A DNA stretch of 64,000 bases from Lingula anatina (taxonomy: Eukaryota > Animalia > Brachiopoda). The stretch covers positions 3,224,001 to 3,288,000 of the forward strand of contig CM120640.1 in NCBI GenBank assembly GCA_051362555.1. Direction: 5' to 3'. Shown one piece after another: positions 1 through 12,101 of this stretch; position 1 is the stretch's first letter; the number at the start of each line of letters is the position of its first letter. The position numbers were made by a program, and so were the translations under genes. Under the pieces are notes generated by a model, which searched no databases, was not told the DNA's origin, and saw nothing but the letters and a program-made list of their open reading frames with translations.

Positions 1-269
1 GGCATAATAAGAAAAAACAACGCGATTTTATTTGACTTTGAAACAGCGAAGGTGATATTTATTAAGGCAGTCAACTCTGCCATTCATTTATTGCGAATAA
101 TCCAGCAGTGAAATATTGATAAAGCCGAGAGAGCAGGCGCAAAGATCAGCAAGGGGATAAGTTGCAGTTGGACCATTTTTCATTATTTTCCCGGTGTTTG
201 ACCATGACCAGTGGCATGATGGCCCCTCTGGACAGATTCAGGTCCTGGGTGAAGAGGAGAGTGAAGCAA

Positions 270-900
270 TGGAAGGTAGGTGGTGGTTGTGGATGAGACT
301 TAAGTGGAAGGTAGGGGTTGGTTGTGGGTGAGACACAGTGGAAGGTAGGGGTTGGTTGTGGGTGAGACACAGTGGAAGGTAGGGGTTGGTTGTGGATGAG
401 ACTTAAGTGGAAGGTAGGGGTTGGTTGTGGGTGAGACACAGTGGAAGGTAGGGGTTGGTTGTGGGTGAGACTAATTGGAAAGTAGGTGTTGGTAAGGAGT
501 CATTGTGGGTAATCTCATTGTGGGTAATCATGAAACAGTAGAAGGCATGGGGTGGTTGTGGGTGAGAGAGTGGCAGGTAAGGAGTGATTGTGGATGAAAT
601 ACTGGAAGGTTGTGGGTGAGAAACAGTGGAAGGTAGGGGTAGATGTGGGTGAGACACAGTGGAAGGTAGGGGTAGATGTGGGTGAGAAACAGTAGAAGGT
701 AGGGGTAGATGTGGGTGAGAAGAAGTGGAAGGTAGGAGTAGATGTGGGTGAGAAGAAGTGGAAGGTAGGGGTAGATGTGGGTGAGAAACAGTGGAAGGTA
801 GGCTTTGGTTGTGGGTGAGGCATGGTGGAAAGTAGGGGTAGATGTGGGTGAGACAGTGAAAGGTAGGGGGCAGTTGCATGTGAGATACAGTGGAGGGCAG
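270..900. repeat. G-rich minisatellite, 33-34 bp unit (GGAAGGTAGGGGTTGGTTGTGGGTGAGACACAGT / GGAAGGTAGGGGTAGATGTGGGTGAGAAACAGT)
   Basis: Tandem units visible directly; explains the repetitive minus-strand ORFs at 146-1058. Confidence 0.95.
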
Positions 901-3327
901 GAAGTTATGTACCATGACAACCAGAGGTTGGGCAGGTCACAGCTATGACAGTGGCAGGCAGAGCCAGGTTGTAGGTATGATGTTAAATGGTATAGGCTTT
1001 GTTTTATTGACCCAATAACAAGGGAGGGGTTGAGTTTAACAGGTACACTGGTACCCAATTTATCATTATCAACTGTTGGAACAGAGCAGTAATGACTAGA
1101 TTCCTATTATGCAGCATGGACTGCAGCAACTGAAGTAAAAATCAATTTTTATGTGATTTAAAACAAATACATCTAATAAAAACTCAGGTCAAGAAATTAG
1201 TTTATCTAATAACAAATCTCTTACATGCTTTGGGCAGTATTTTCTCTTAGAGTTGCCTTGCTACATGTATTTTCTATTCAAGTTACAAAAACATGAGCAA
1301 TTTCATGCCATTTTTAAATGAGAAAGTATAACAAAAAAAATGTGGAAGACAATTTCTTCTTAGATCCAAGAAATTGAGGATTTCCAGAAAAGCTTAGAGG
1401 AAAATCCAACAGCTTAGTGAACCCAGTCAGTCTGTGGATAATTTGGAGGTTCAGCATCTGATCCCCCAGAGGGTATGGATTCATTATCTTTATACATTGG
1501 AGGTACTTACAAATCAAAGGAAAAGACATAACATTAAGGCTATTGATATCTTGATAGGTCTATAAGCCAGATCAAGACAGACCAATTGCTTTTACTTTCA
1601 TGCAAGTATTTCCTTGGCCATGCCAAGCACTGAATATAAAGTACATTACATTCCAAGCAGTTTGACAGCTTTGCTTCTTGAACGTTTTAACTGCACGGTT
1701 TCAACAAGAAAAACATCTCAAGTAATTTCCCATCAGAAGCTGCAGCTATTTCTACAGCTACAAATGGATAATGTTCCTTTCAGAGCACGTTATAACAGCA
1801 GGTGCCCAACAGTGACCAGCTTTAAAGGCTCTCTTTATAGACTCTACACCATCCATACCATCTGCTTAAAAACATTGTGATTAATAAATTATCATTTCAT
1901 AATGCATATTCCTGAATTCTTTTTACATCATGTGTTTGACTGTTCTGTAGAAATAAAGTTTAACATCACTGAATATTACACAGCACAAGGCTAGCAATAA
2001 AGTGGGAAATGAAAGAACTAATGGATTCTATATTGACATAGCAAGAATTTATTACATGAAAATGTAAGTAGCAAAAAGAAATTAACAATTTTATTGGGGC
2101 TTTTTTCTGCATCTCCTATGATCCACAGTTTAACACAATATGTGTAGAAATCATCACTGCGATATACCAGTTTAAAAGACAATCACAGCAATTTTCTTTC
2201 CTTCTTCAGGTCATCTGTCTGCAGGTAGCTCAGTGACATAACAGTACGGTAATGATCTACTTGACATTTTGGTTTCAATGAAAAAGGGTGGAACAGATAT
2301 AATGTGCACGGATTGAGAAATAATATGCTATGTTACATAGTCGGATTAGTAAACCATTAAATAATTATTTATGATCATTGCTTTTTCTTTGAACAACATA
2401 CAGAACAGTTAATTGTCCAAGAGATTAATTTTCCATTAAATTAATGATATTGTGCTTCCATTTTTCTTTAAAAACTTTTTTCTTAAATTGGACAATATTG
2501 TCAAAAAATTTCAATCAATGATCACTTTGTATAAATAAAATTGTGGAAATGATACCAGCATTATTATTATTATTATCATTATACCTGGTTCAATAATGAG
2601 AGTAGGCCATATGTAATTGCCTTTTATTATTAATAATAACTGAACATTATGACATTACGCAATACACCAATACTGTGAATTGTATTACCAGTGTGTTTGT
2701 CCTGCAGACAGTTAACTTTAGTCTATTTTATTGGACATCAGTCCCGCCATCCATACTCATCAATATAAGCTTTTTTTAGCAGGGTAACCCGACTGATCAA
2801 TACCAGACTTAGTGGGAAGGTGAGGGTTCAGTAGAGAGGTTAGAATGGATATCTTCAGTGTTCTATGTACATTATATCAGCACATTCAGCTCATAGGCTA
2901 TTCTCACATTGAAAGGTACATTTAACTGGACTGGTCCACTTTGAGATATAGCCAAATTGCTAGCTTGGATATAACCTTAGAGAGGCACCTAAATGGAGCT
3001 CCTGCACTCAACAAGGCTAATTAATTAATTAAACATCAAGAAGCCAACTTGTGGAGAACTTGTGAAAGGCAGTAAAATCCCCTGTAGCACAATTATGTTA
3101 GGACCATTCATAGAGACAATAGTCTCACAAATACAACTATAAAACAACGTGTACAACTGGTATATAACACTGAGCAACTGGTTAACTGCAAGAACCCTAA
3201 TGATATTGTTAGGTGTTGTATGATGCAGCACTAAGTATGGGGGGCAGGTCTCATACTTGACCAAGCAAGCATTCTTGTAATGGAGGTATTCACAGCTAAT
3301 ACAGAGATATGTGAAGACATTGTGTTT

Positions 3328-5646
3328 TCATTGAACATCATCTATCCTTTCACTACTACCACCACTGGCGCCTGCAGCAAGTTTGGACCGTTGTCGGGTT
3401 CCTGTCTGCAGTTTTAATGCATTCCTTTTTGGCTTTCCTTTCTCTCCCTTAGATGTGCCTGTGGCTAAGTTAGTGGAAGCATTCTCTCCACACATATCAT
3501 GTTTAGATTTAACAGAGCTAACCTGGCCGCCTCCCTGTGAGTCAGAAGTCAACTTAGCAGTCTTAATAGCAGCAGTCCGTCTTGGCCTTTTAGCCTCAGC
3601 AAGTATGTCTTGAACAAATGAAAAGTGTTCATCAGGTTTTCCAGGCTTAGAGCTTTCATTCTGAGCTAAGTTTGCTCCACTCTTTTCCTGAATGGAGTCT
3701 TGTTCTTGTGCACCTTGGTGGTTTGACAGAGCATCAGCAGTGGCACCCCCCACGGAGGTAAGGTCAGAGGTCATTTGATGTTCTTTTTGATCACAAGTGT
3801 CTCCATTCAATTGTTCAGAAACAGTGTCATCTACCACATCTTCGTCCATGAATGCTATATCACAGCTTGCATTGGTTGCACTGTTAGTTTCTTTTTCAGT
3901 TTGTTCACACTCTTTACTTAGTTCTGACAAAATGACTTGGTTTTCTGTTAATGTAACAGCTTCTACTTCAGGAGTTCTTGTATTTGCTTTTCTTTGGCCA
4001 GGTTCCGCCTCAAACACAAGCAAGTTCTCTACCACAGGCTCAGGTTCTGGCTCAGGGGGTAGGGCTTTGTTCTTTTTATGTGGTACTTTTGCATTTTCTG
4101 AAAAAAAAAAGGTTTCACTAAAGATTACAAAACAAAATCAAAGTAAAAACAGAAAAGGAATAAAATTCTGGCCATCATGCAAATCTTTTAATATCCCCAC
4201 TATATGATTTACCTGTTCCTTCCAAAGAACTGATACCGTCAACCAGGTATGCAATGAGGTCTGTTATACAGGTTAAGTGATAGACAAGCCATATCAATTA
4301 TCATAATATAGTGCCCCCCCCCACCACCACCACCATTTGGATGATTTGGGACTAGATCATTTATTGAAGTAATGCTAGGCAATTTCCATATTTTTTTTTC
4401 TAATTAATACGACAAAATATCAGTTCCATAAAATTTATTTGAAATAAATGGTAATTTTTGTATTATAAAGTAATGAGTTATCCAAAGTGTACTCTTACCA
4501 TTATGTTTAGATTCTTTGTGCCTTAACCTCTCTCTCAGTACCTCCACTTCTTTATGCAGACTCTGCAAGTGCTGCTCTGTCTCCATAACATCTTGAGATA
4601 AAACCTGAAAAAAATATGTCAGTGAAAACTTGAAATCAGTATTGTTTTACCTTCATTCAGTCTGAGTCACGGGCAGTTTTTTCACTTACATCATAAATTG
4701 AGATGAAAACAATTCAAGTACCCTATGAATCTGCCTATAAGCTCAGTCCTTCACAGACAGGAGTCTACTATATATTGAAAGAAAACCAAAAGCCATTCTA
4801 AAGCTACAAACACCAAGAGGACAGCATGCAAATGTCTGTATTCAATGGTTTTTCCTTAATCTAAGTTACATTTAGAGATATGACCATATACATAACATAT
4901 TGAGATATGCCCATAAACACTCTCACCTGAATATGTTCCTGTACATTAGCTTTCATTTCCTGTACTTTGCCTATCTGTCCTATCTGGCCTCCAGGATCAA
5001 CAAATAATTTTCTGAAATAATACAGACATGAATTACAATTTCTTAAGAACACGCTACATCAAAACAGAAGATGAGACACACGGCTGAGACCAAATTCACA
5101 GTGATCTTATTCTCATCTTTAATAACTAAACATGGTTAAAAACTTATTAGCTGACAAGTATGCTGTTTGGTTCACCAGTTAACATCCAAATTTAAAGAAA
5201 AGTTAATCTAAAACATTGTGAATCTCTCTGATAACACTGATGCCATGAGGTGTTTGTAACTTACTCAAACTCACTGACTAGACTTCCAAACATGCCACTG
5301 TCCTTACTGGTGGCCAGAGTATTGAACAGCTTGTACTCCACATGACTTGTGTCTCCTAGGTTCACTACTGACAGCACCAGTGGCTGAAAGCACCTGAAAA
5401 CCAAGTCATTCATGTGTGGTGTAAGATAATTGAATCCATGTACGGTAAGGATTGGATCTTAACTGAGGTGAATTTTAACAACACCATATTATTTAAGGTC
5501 ATCAGTTTTTAAAATTAGAACATTCCTATTGAGTAGAAGGTTGAAAGGCAGGGTTCCCAGTATAGTTCTGTACTTTACAGAAAAAGAGCCACAAATATAC
5601 AAAGAAATATTGTTGTAATGATTCTTAAATTTTGTGTCTGAAAGAC

Positions 5647-5677
<31 letters not shown>

Positions 5678-7727
5678 AGAACCCTACCTATCCACTGCAT
5701 GCATTATGACATGATCAAAGTTATGAAGAGCATTGTTAGCCGAGAGGCTGCAGCCAGACAGCATGAACAGAAAGTGGTGACTGGTAATGGTGGGGAATGC
5801 ATCCTGAAGCTGGAAGTGGAGAGCGCGTTCACGTAGTGTTATACTGGGAGTTGTATTTCTTCTAAATCTGTACCATCCTACAACATTCTGAAATATGAAT
5901 GTATACTTTAAGGAAATGCCATATATGTTTGTTAAGATTTTTTATTATGTACTAAAATGTCAAAGGTTTAATTGAAAAGTAAATACTGGATTTACAATTC
6001 AGAATCAAACTAAACAAGAAAAAATAAAAGACATGAAAACATGTGCAACAGGCAGTTTTACAGCATTTCACTTTCCAAAAATACAAAAAAATGGGATTTC
6101 AAATACATGACTTGACTTGAGCATGTATTTTAAAACAGGTGCAACATTTTATCATCATCAATTATGGTAAAATGCTATTAATCTTAGTCCCAGTGGTGGT
6201 TGGCTGAACAGTGTTTGGAAAAGTGTACCTTAATTTTTTCTCCTAGTAGCTCAACCAACTTCTGGAAGTTCAGTGAACCAGCAGAGTTGTAGAAGCTGAA
6301 CAGGCCCAAGCATGGTATGTGGGACTGAATGGCTAAAATAAAGAAAACAGTAATTGCAAAGACCCATGTTTGACTTGGAGACATCCTAAATAGTAAACAA
6401 TTAAAATTCAGACAATAACTTCACCAAGTTTTTGGTATTCAAACCAACTTATCAGGTTACCTGACACAACCCACCTTCATAAGCTAAAGATACAGCGCAC
6501 AGCAATGTTTAAACCACATCGCTGAGCTGAACAGACAGTCCCTGTCCTAGATGAAAGCAAATCCTGTTTCACCATCTAGATCAACTCAAATTTGACTTTT
6601 TTAAAACACAACCAATTTGATCCTTCAAACTTACAAAAATGTTGAGAATAAGCTAGAAATCACTTCAAAGATTTTTTTTAAATTTGAGGCAGCACAGTGC
6701 TTTGAGCATGGGACTTGATCTAGTGGGCTGTTGACCTTTTTCACAACATAATTTCCTATCAGTTTCACTCCTTTAAATGTCATGTAGAATTTATACAGAT
6801 ATATATTAGTGTCTGAACCTAAAGGTTAATTTCTATTGCCTTTTCATGAATTGTTATTTGCTTTACCATAAAAATTCCAAAGAATTCCAAACTCACTTTT
6901 TCTAAAAGGGTTGCATGTTTTATTTATTTATCTATTTATTTATTTGCTTGTTTATATATTTTACTTGAGGACACTTTTTCTCAGCCGACAAGGCTGGACC
7001 ACTATGTATGATGTCTTGTACAAATGGCCAATCACCAACTTACCTATGACTGTTTCTTCTTTAACATTGGTTATCTGAGAATCACTTATGGTATCTGTCA
7101 CACGCTTGTGTACTTGTCCAATTAAGAAGCCCTCCTAAAATTAAATCAAATAATTATAACTTTTACATGTAAAACCTGAGGCTGTGTGTACAAGTTACAA
7201 CAAAATTAATATGTGTTTACCATACCAAGGTAAGTGAGTCTAAGTCTCCACGTCTACAGTCTAATGTTAACACAATAATATTAGTTTTAATCCTTTTACG
7301 GTTAAATTTTCATCATAAAAAGTCAACAATGAGTATTCCCTGCCACACCATTTTGTCACAAAATGAACAAATAAGCAATGTAGATAATAGCCAGCCAATC
7401 GATTCAACAGTCACTCTGCGATCTAATTACATGATTGCGATTATGTTTAGAAAATACATCCATCATTACTAACATATGCAACTGGCATTAATTATTTTTG
7501 GAAGACATTGAATGACTCACCCAAGAATCTGCTAGTCTTATCCACAAGCAGACAACAAACTGTTTATTTATTCTAATATAATACTGCATATCAAAATATG
7601 TTGCTATAAGCAATATCATGTAAGTAGATGGTTCATCTAGATGTGCAAAATTTACCTGATCGCCTGGACTGTTTATAAGTTCGAAAAACAAGGAAGCGAG
7701 TGCAGACCCGCTTACAACCACCGCCAT
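3328..7727 (-). CDS. ABRAXAS: Abraxas family (FAM175; BRCA1-A/BRISC scaffold subunit), 8 coding exons, ~518 aa
   Basis: Exons 7656-7727, 7044-7134, 6229-6332, 5688-5887, 5265-5393, 4927-5011, 4499-4604, 3328-4097 join in frame with GT-AG. Motifs EGFLIG..TISDSQ, FSFYNSAG, VVGWYRFRRNT..TLRERALH, VVNLGDT are typical of the Abraxas MPN-like domain, followed by a coiled coil and low-complexity tail. Confidence 0.9.
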
Positions 7728-8061
7728 AGTTCCTTATGAATTGTGGGACTGATAAATTTGCCAATAGATGTCAGCAGCTTTTAGTCAGCCAGACACTTGT
7801 TCAAGACGGTGATAAAGCGTCACTTTGGCTCACTTCACGCACGGACACTGCTACAAACTAATTTTGAAATGCACATGGGACGTTAAGGCGAAGTTTAAAA
7901 AATAAAAACACTTAACCATAAGCCCAGGAATCATGATACTTCAAAGATAGGCCCTAATAGGTACTCGGCAAAAACGAATTTTTGTAGGGGAGGGTTGGGG
8001 GGGGGGGGGGGGGGGGGAGGCAATTTTTCTAACCAACTTGTAGCACAGTCAGTTCATATTA

Positions 8062-8219
8062 CAGGGGTGGATCCAGAGATATAGTCTTCCAAACTATCTT
8101 TGCTGATTCAGCCTCAATTTTTGACCGTCCTCCGAAAGAAAAATAATTAGATATCCGTCAAAACTTAAAAATCTGACCGTCTTCCGGAAGACCCAAAAGA
8201 CGGCCTAAATCCGCCTCTG
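8062..8219. mobile_element. Short non-autonomous TIR element (CAGGGGTGGATCC...ATCCGCCTCTG)
   Basis: Imperfect terminal inverted repeats, TATTA on both flanks; same 5' end as the element at 8449. Confidence 0.6.
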
Positions 8220-8448
8220 TATTAGATATTAGCACCGTGTATAAAAGCACTGAAGCATGAATTTTTGTGCTATGCATTTTGATTCGATGCTTTATTTCGT
8301 TTTTAATTCATAATGATCTGGTTTTGAATAACTGCATGGCTGGTCATTTAGAACGACATGACACCCTGGACAGTCTAAAAAGAACCACCGACGTCAGGGT
8401 AATAGACATAAAATATAACTTAAGGGAATTTCAAACGCGTACAGTATA

Positions 8449-8693
8449 CAGGGGTGGATCCAGGATTATTTGAAGTGGGGTCCGGTTTTTAGAAATGACA
8501 GGCCGCGGATACGAAGCCGACCCTCGCACTCCCCTCCCCCTTGGCGCGGGTACAGTTTTGGTACAGTTTAGAACTATGATTCAGCTAGTCAAATTTCTAA
8601 TTTCAGGAGATGCTTATTGCTGTGATTTTTTAAAGAAATTGAAGGGGGGGGGTAGGGACCCCCCCCCCCCCCTCCCCCCGACAACCGCCACTG
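8449..8693. mobile_element. Short non-autonomous TIR element (CAGGGGTGG...CCGCCACTG) with 6-bp TSD
   Basis: Imperfect TIRs, AGTATA at 8443-8448 and 8694-8699, subterminal poly-G/poly-C tracts. Confidence 0.7.
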
Positions 8694-11600
8694 AGTATAC
8701 CTTTTACGTTTAATCCCCAATGAAATGTCAGGTCAGCCTACCTTCAGCATTTTTCGCGATATTGAAAATTTAAGTTGATCCAAATAATGTTACATTTAGG
8801 TAGGCCTATTGCATTGTTCGCTTTATGATTAATACCTATTAGGTTTGAGGGCGTCATGTACATGAACTAAATGCTTGCTGTCCAGAATATTAGTGATCAG
8901 TGGATTTCAGACCTGTCCAACAGACAGTATCTACAATTTTTTAAAAAAGGACCCCATTATAAAAGAGCCCATCAATCCTGAAATTCAAGACAGACTTGCG
9001 GTTGTAGGAGTGAGTTGTCTTTATTGTCACCTATTACGCGTTTAAGTTTAGCCCTTTTGCTGATATCTGTCACGGCCGTCAACGGCGTCCTAATTTAAGG
9101 TGCTCCTTTGCTCATACGGTGACAACTCAAGGAGGGAGAGGCAAAAAATAAAATTTAACGCCAAACAAGTGTGTTTTGGTTGAAACCATGACCTGAAAAG
9201 ACCTATATGCACCTCTATAACAAACCATATTAATTTCTTTCTTCATTTCAATGAAACCAATTATAAGAATTATTCATGTCCACAGTTGCTTTCTGCCATC
9301 TTCTGATTTCTTACATTCAAACTAAACAATCCAAGGTATACCTGAAAAACTTAATTGAAAAGATCGGAGATTTAATGAAAAATCAATGTAATACGTTAAC
9401 AAATTAAACGAAAGAAATATATTGAAAGAGCTATTTTCTTGACAAGTTTTTAGTGTTTGGTGTCCATCGGCCTGTGGACTTCGTCTCAAACTGAGAAATT
9501 CGATTTCCCCGTTTGATAAATGTTAGAAAATAACTTATTCCGCCAGGATTAAACCACAAGAACGAGTTCATAATTTTTTGGCATCGTAAAAATAGCGTTT
9601 TTGGAAAGGTTCCAGCCATTCCACAGTTTAAACAAGGATGGAACATGCCTTTGAGCAGGGTAGGCCTATCTACAACAAAATAATAGTTATATAAATTTAA
9701 ATCTCACGAGCGATTGCGCAAGTGGTTTTATTTAGATTCTTGGGGGTCATTTTAATTTGGTCTCATCACGCTCCATAAAACGGGTTTTGGTGGCTTTTTC
9801 CATAGATTTCCTTCATCACTCATCGTCATCTTCACCGCCCCATCCAATTTTTTGAAGCACCATGCCTCAACGCGTTTTCCATTTCTTGTCGCCCATATAT
9901 CACCTCTCACCAAAAGTAGCCTCCGCACGGGATATCCATTTTCGAAGTTTTATTTTCAGCTACTGCGGTTTGTTTTTAAAACATATGACATCATATGCTA
10001 ATCAGAAACTTAACGTGCTTTTTTATGAAAAAAAAAAAAAAAAATACCGCGACTTTAACATCTTGAAGGCAAATATCTTTTTATACACAATCTTCAGTCA
10101 GTAATTTAACATAAAATTGTTATTGTAGAATAGAATTGGCATTAGAAAAGGGCTGGGATGAAGAGAGATAGGATTTGCTTCTCAACTTTTCATGAGAAAA
10201 ATATCGGTGGTTTTCTGAAGTTGATAGCATGTCAACCTCTTTAATAGGAGATGGTGTGACCAGTGGCGTTTACAATGGAGAGATGTAACGGATAGGTCTA
10301 GGCCGATGTCTGCACTGTATGATCCCTTAGGACATCTATGCCAGTCATTATAGATTTGACTTACCACTGAAATAAACTTCAGCCTGAGGAAATCTAGTCA
10401 TTATCACTTCGTTATTGATATCCATCTTTTATTGCTTCATCCAAGAGAAAAGTTTTTGATTTTAAGACGTTTGAGAATTGAGTGAATTTTAGTTATGGGC
10501 GCATATCTGTGGCTAAGTTCACTTCTTCCAAATAACTTTAGCGCTTAGTCAAAGTCTATTTACTATTTCAGTTTATGGGAAGACTATCACTAAATTCATT
10601 TTGGAAACGTACAAACAATCCATGAACCCCCTATATTTCATCATGTTACGTAAACATGTCAATGTCTAATTCCGGTTCCCCAGTACCAGTGAGATGCAGT
10701 AAAGTTGATGAATCAGGAGAAACTGTCCTTTCGTGGAAGAACCGTTGAAGGAAGTCCTGTTTATAACGCCACAGTGAATATAGTAAAGTGAATGGGTGTG
10801 AGTTTGGTGACCAAGACAGGGGAAGGTGACTTGGATATGAGGGACTACCTGTCTTAACACATAGGCCGATTGCGGAAACGACACTGAAACGAAATATCGG
10901 GACATCTCCATCTGAACATTGGGACGACACGTTTGTTCCGTACACCTTTCACATAAAACGCTAAGTTAGTTTGTGTCCCTTTTTATTGTCATTAACTGAA
11001 GGTTAATACTATCGAAGAATGAGGAAAATAACTACCAATAAATTTATATAGGCCTACATTTTTCAATATGTTACAAAAAAGTGTTTAACCGGTCGCACAC
11101 GGCATTTCGGCGCAAGAAATTATAATGAACGATTTCTTCTGGCACTTCATTGGTATTTAATCGGCTATTTTAATAGCCAATTAACATTCATCGAGTCGCA
11201 AACTAAAGAGTAAACATTTCCTCTTTTTTCTGGTCAGACGATTATGCTGCTTAATGAATTTCTGATATTTTCACCTTGTGTAAAATGGAAAGATTTATGT
11301 AAGGGCATTACTTTCAATATAATTATTATTTAAAGCGATGTAACAGCCAGTTGGGATATAAGTACGAAGAGGCTATTCACAAAAATAAATGAGAAAGCAT
11401 GACAAAAATTCCGTCCTCGGGCCCTTTAGAATAATTAAAGTCCGTATCATTGAAACATGACAAACATGTACATAGAAAGACGTCCAAAGCACACTTACAG
11501 CCTCTATTATATTAGAGTAAAATTCTATTGCGATCTATAACGACCCTTCATTTACTTGAAATGAATGATACACAGCAGGTTGTGACATTTTTATTTCCGT

Positions 11601-11959
11601 TTTTAATATTCGACTGTTGAAAATCCTATATTTCAACACAAACACAAAATATATCCGCAATAAAATATTTATCGTATAATTGGGCTTTAATTGAAGGTTT
11701 AACGCTGACTGTCCATACATTGATTAGAATTCCGAAAACTTGAAGCCAATTTAAATTTACGTTAGTTCTAGAAGCAAAACCAAGTTCTATGTCATGATAT
11801 TTGCACCGCAAAGTACGTCTTTAAAAGTCGACGCAACATGTTTGTTCAGTTCTCCACGTTGGATTACAATGCGATCGTGCGATAAAGCAATGTGAAGCGG
11901 CAAAGCGGAGTGAATGAAACTCATGCATATGTCTCGTTCTGAGGTATGACGATGTTGTG

Positions 11960-12035
11960 ACGATGACGTTAATAGTCACGTGACCTACACACCTCCAGAG
12001 AGGCCGTATAAGACATCAGACGGTTCGATCAGTAA
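11960..12035 (+). promoter_or_regulatory. Putative hexokinase promoter: palindromic E-box GTCACGTGAC (11975-11984), TATAAG (12007), TCAGT initiator-like (12029)
   Basis: Motifs in the expected order in a CpG-retaining stretch 70-130 bp upstream of the first ATG. Confidence 0.5.
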
Positions 12036-12101
12036 TTATCAACATTAAGTCCAAAGATCACATAGGTTCCAAGCAGGCAGGTTTTCACAACATAGGTCCA
12101 A

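Noticed and set aside
146-1058. Pro/His/Ser-rich minus-strand ORFs of 97-176 aa
   Set aside because: Translations of the minisatellite, open in several frames at once.
2183-2260. Possible extra Abraxas exon (DHYRTVMSLSYLQTDDLKKERKLL*)
   Set aside because: No convincing upstream donor or polypyrimidine tract and no recognisable motif.
8742-10069. Possible decayed 1.3-kb DNA transposon (CCTTCA...TCGCG ends)
   Set aside because: End similarity too patchy, no TSD or transposase remnant.
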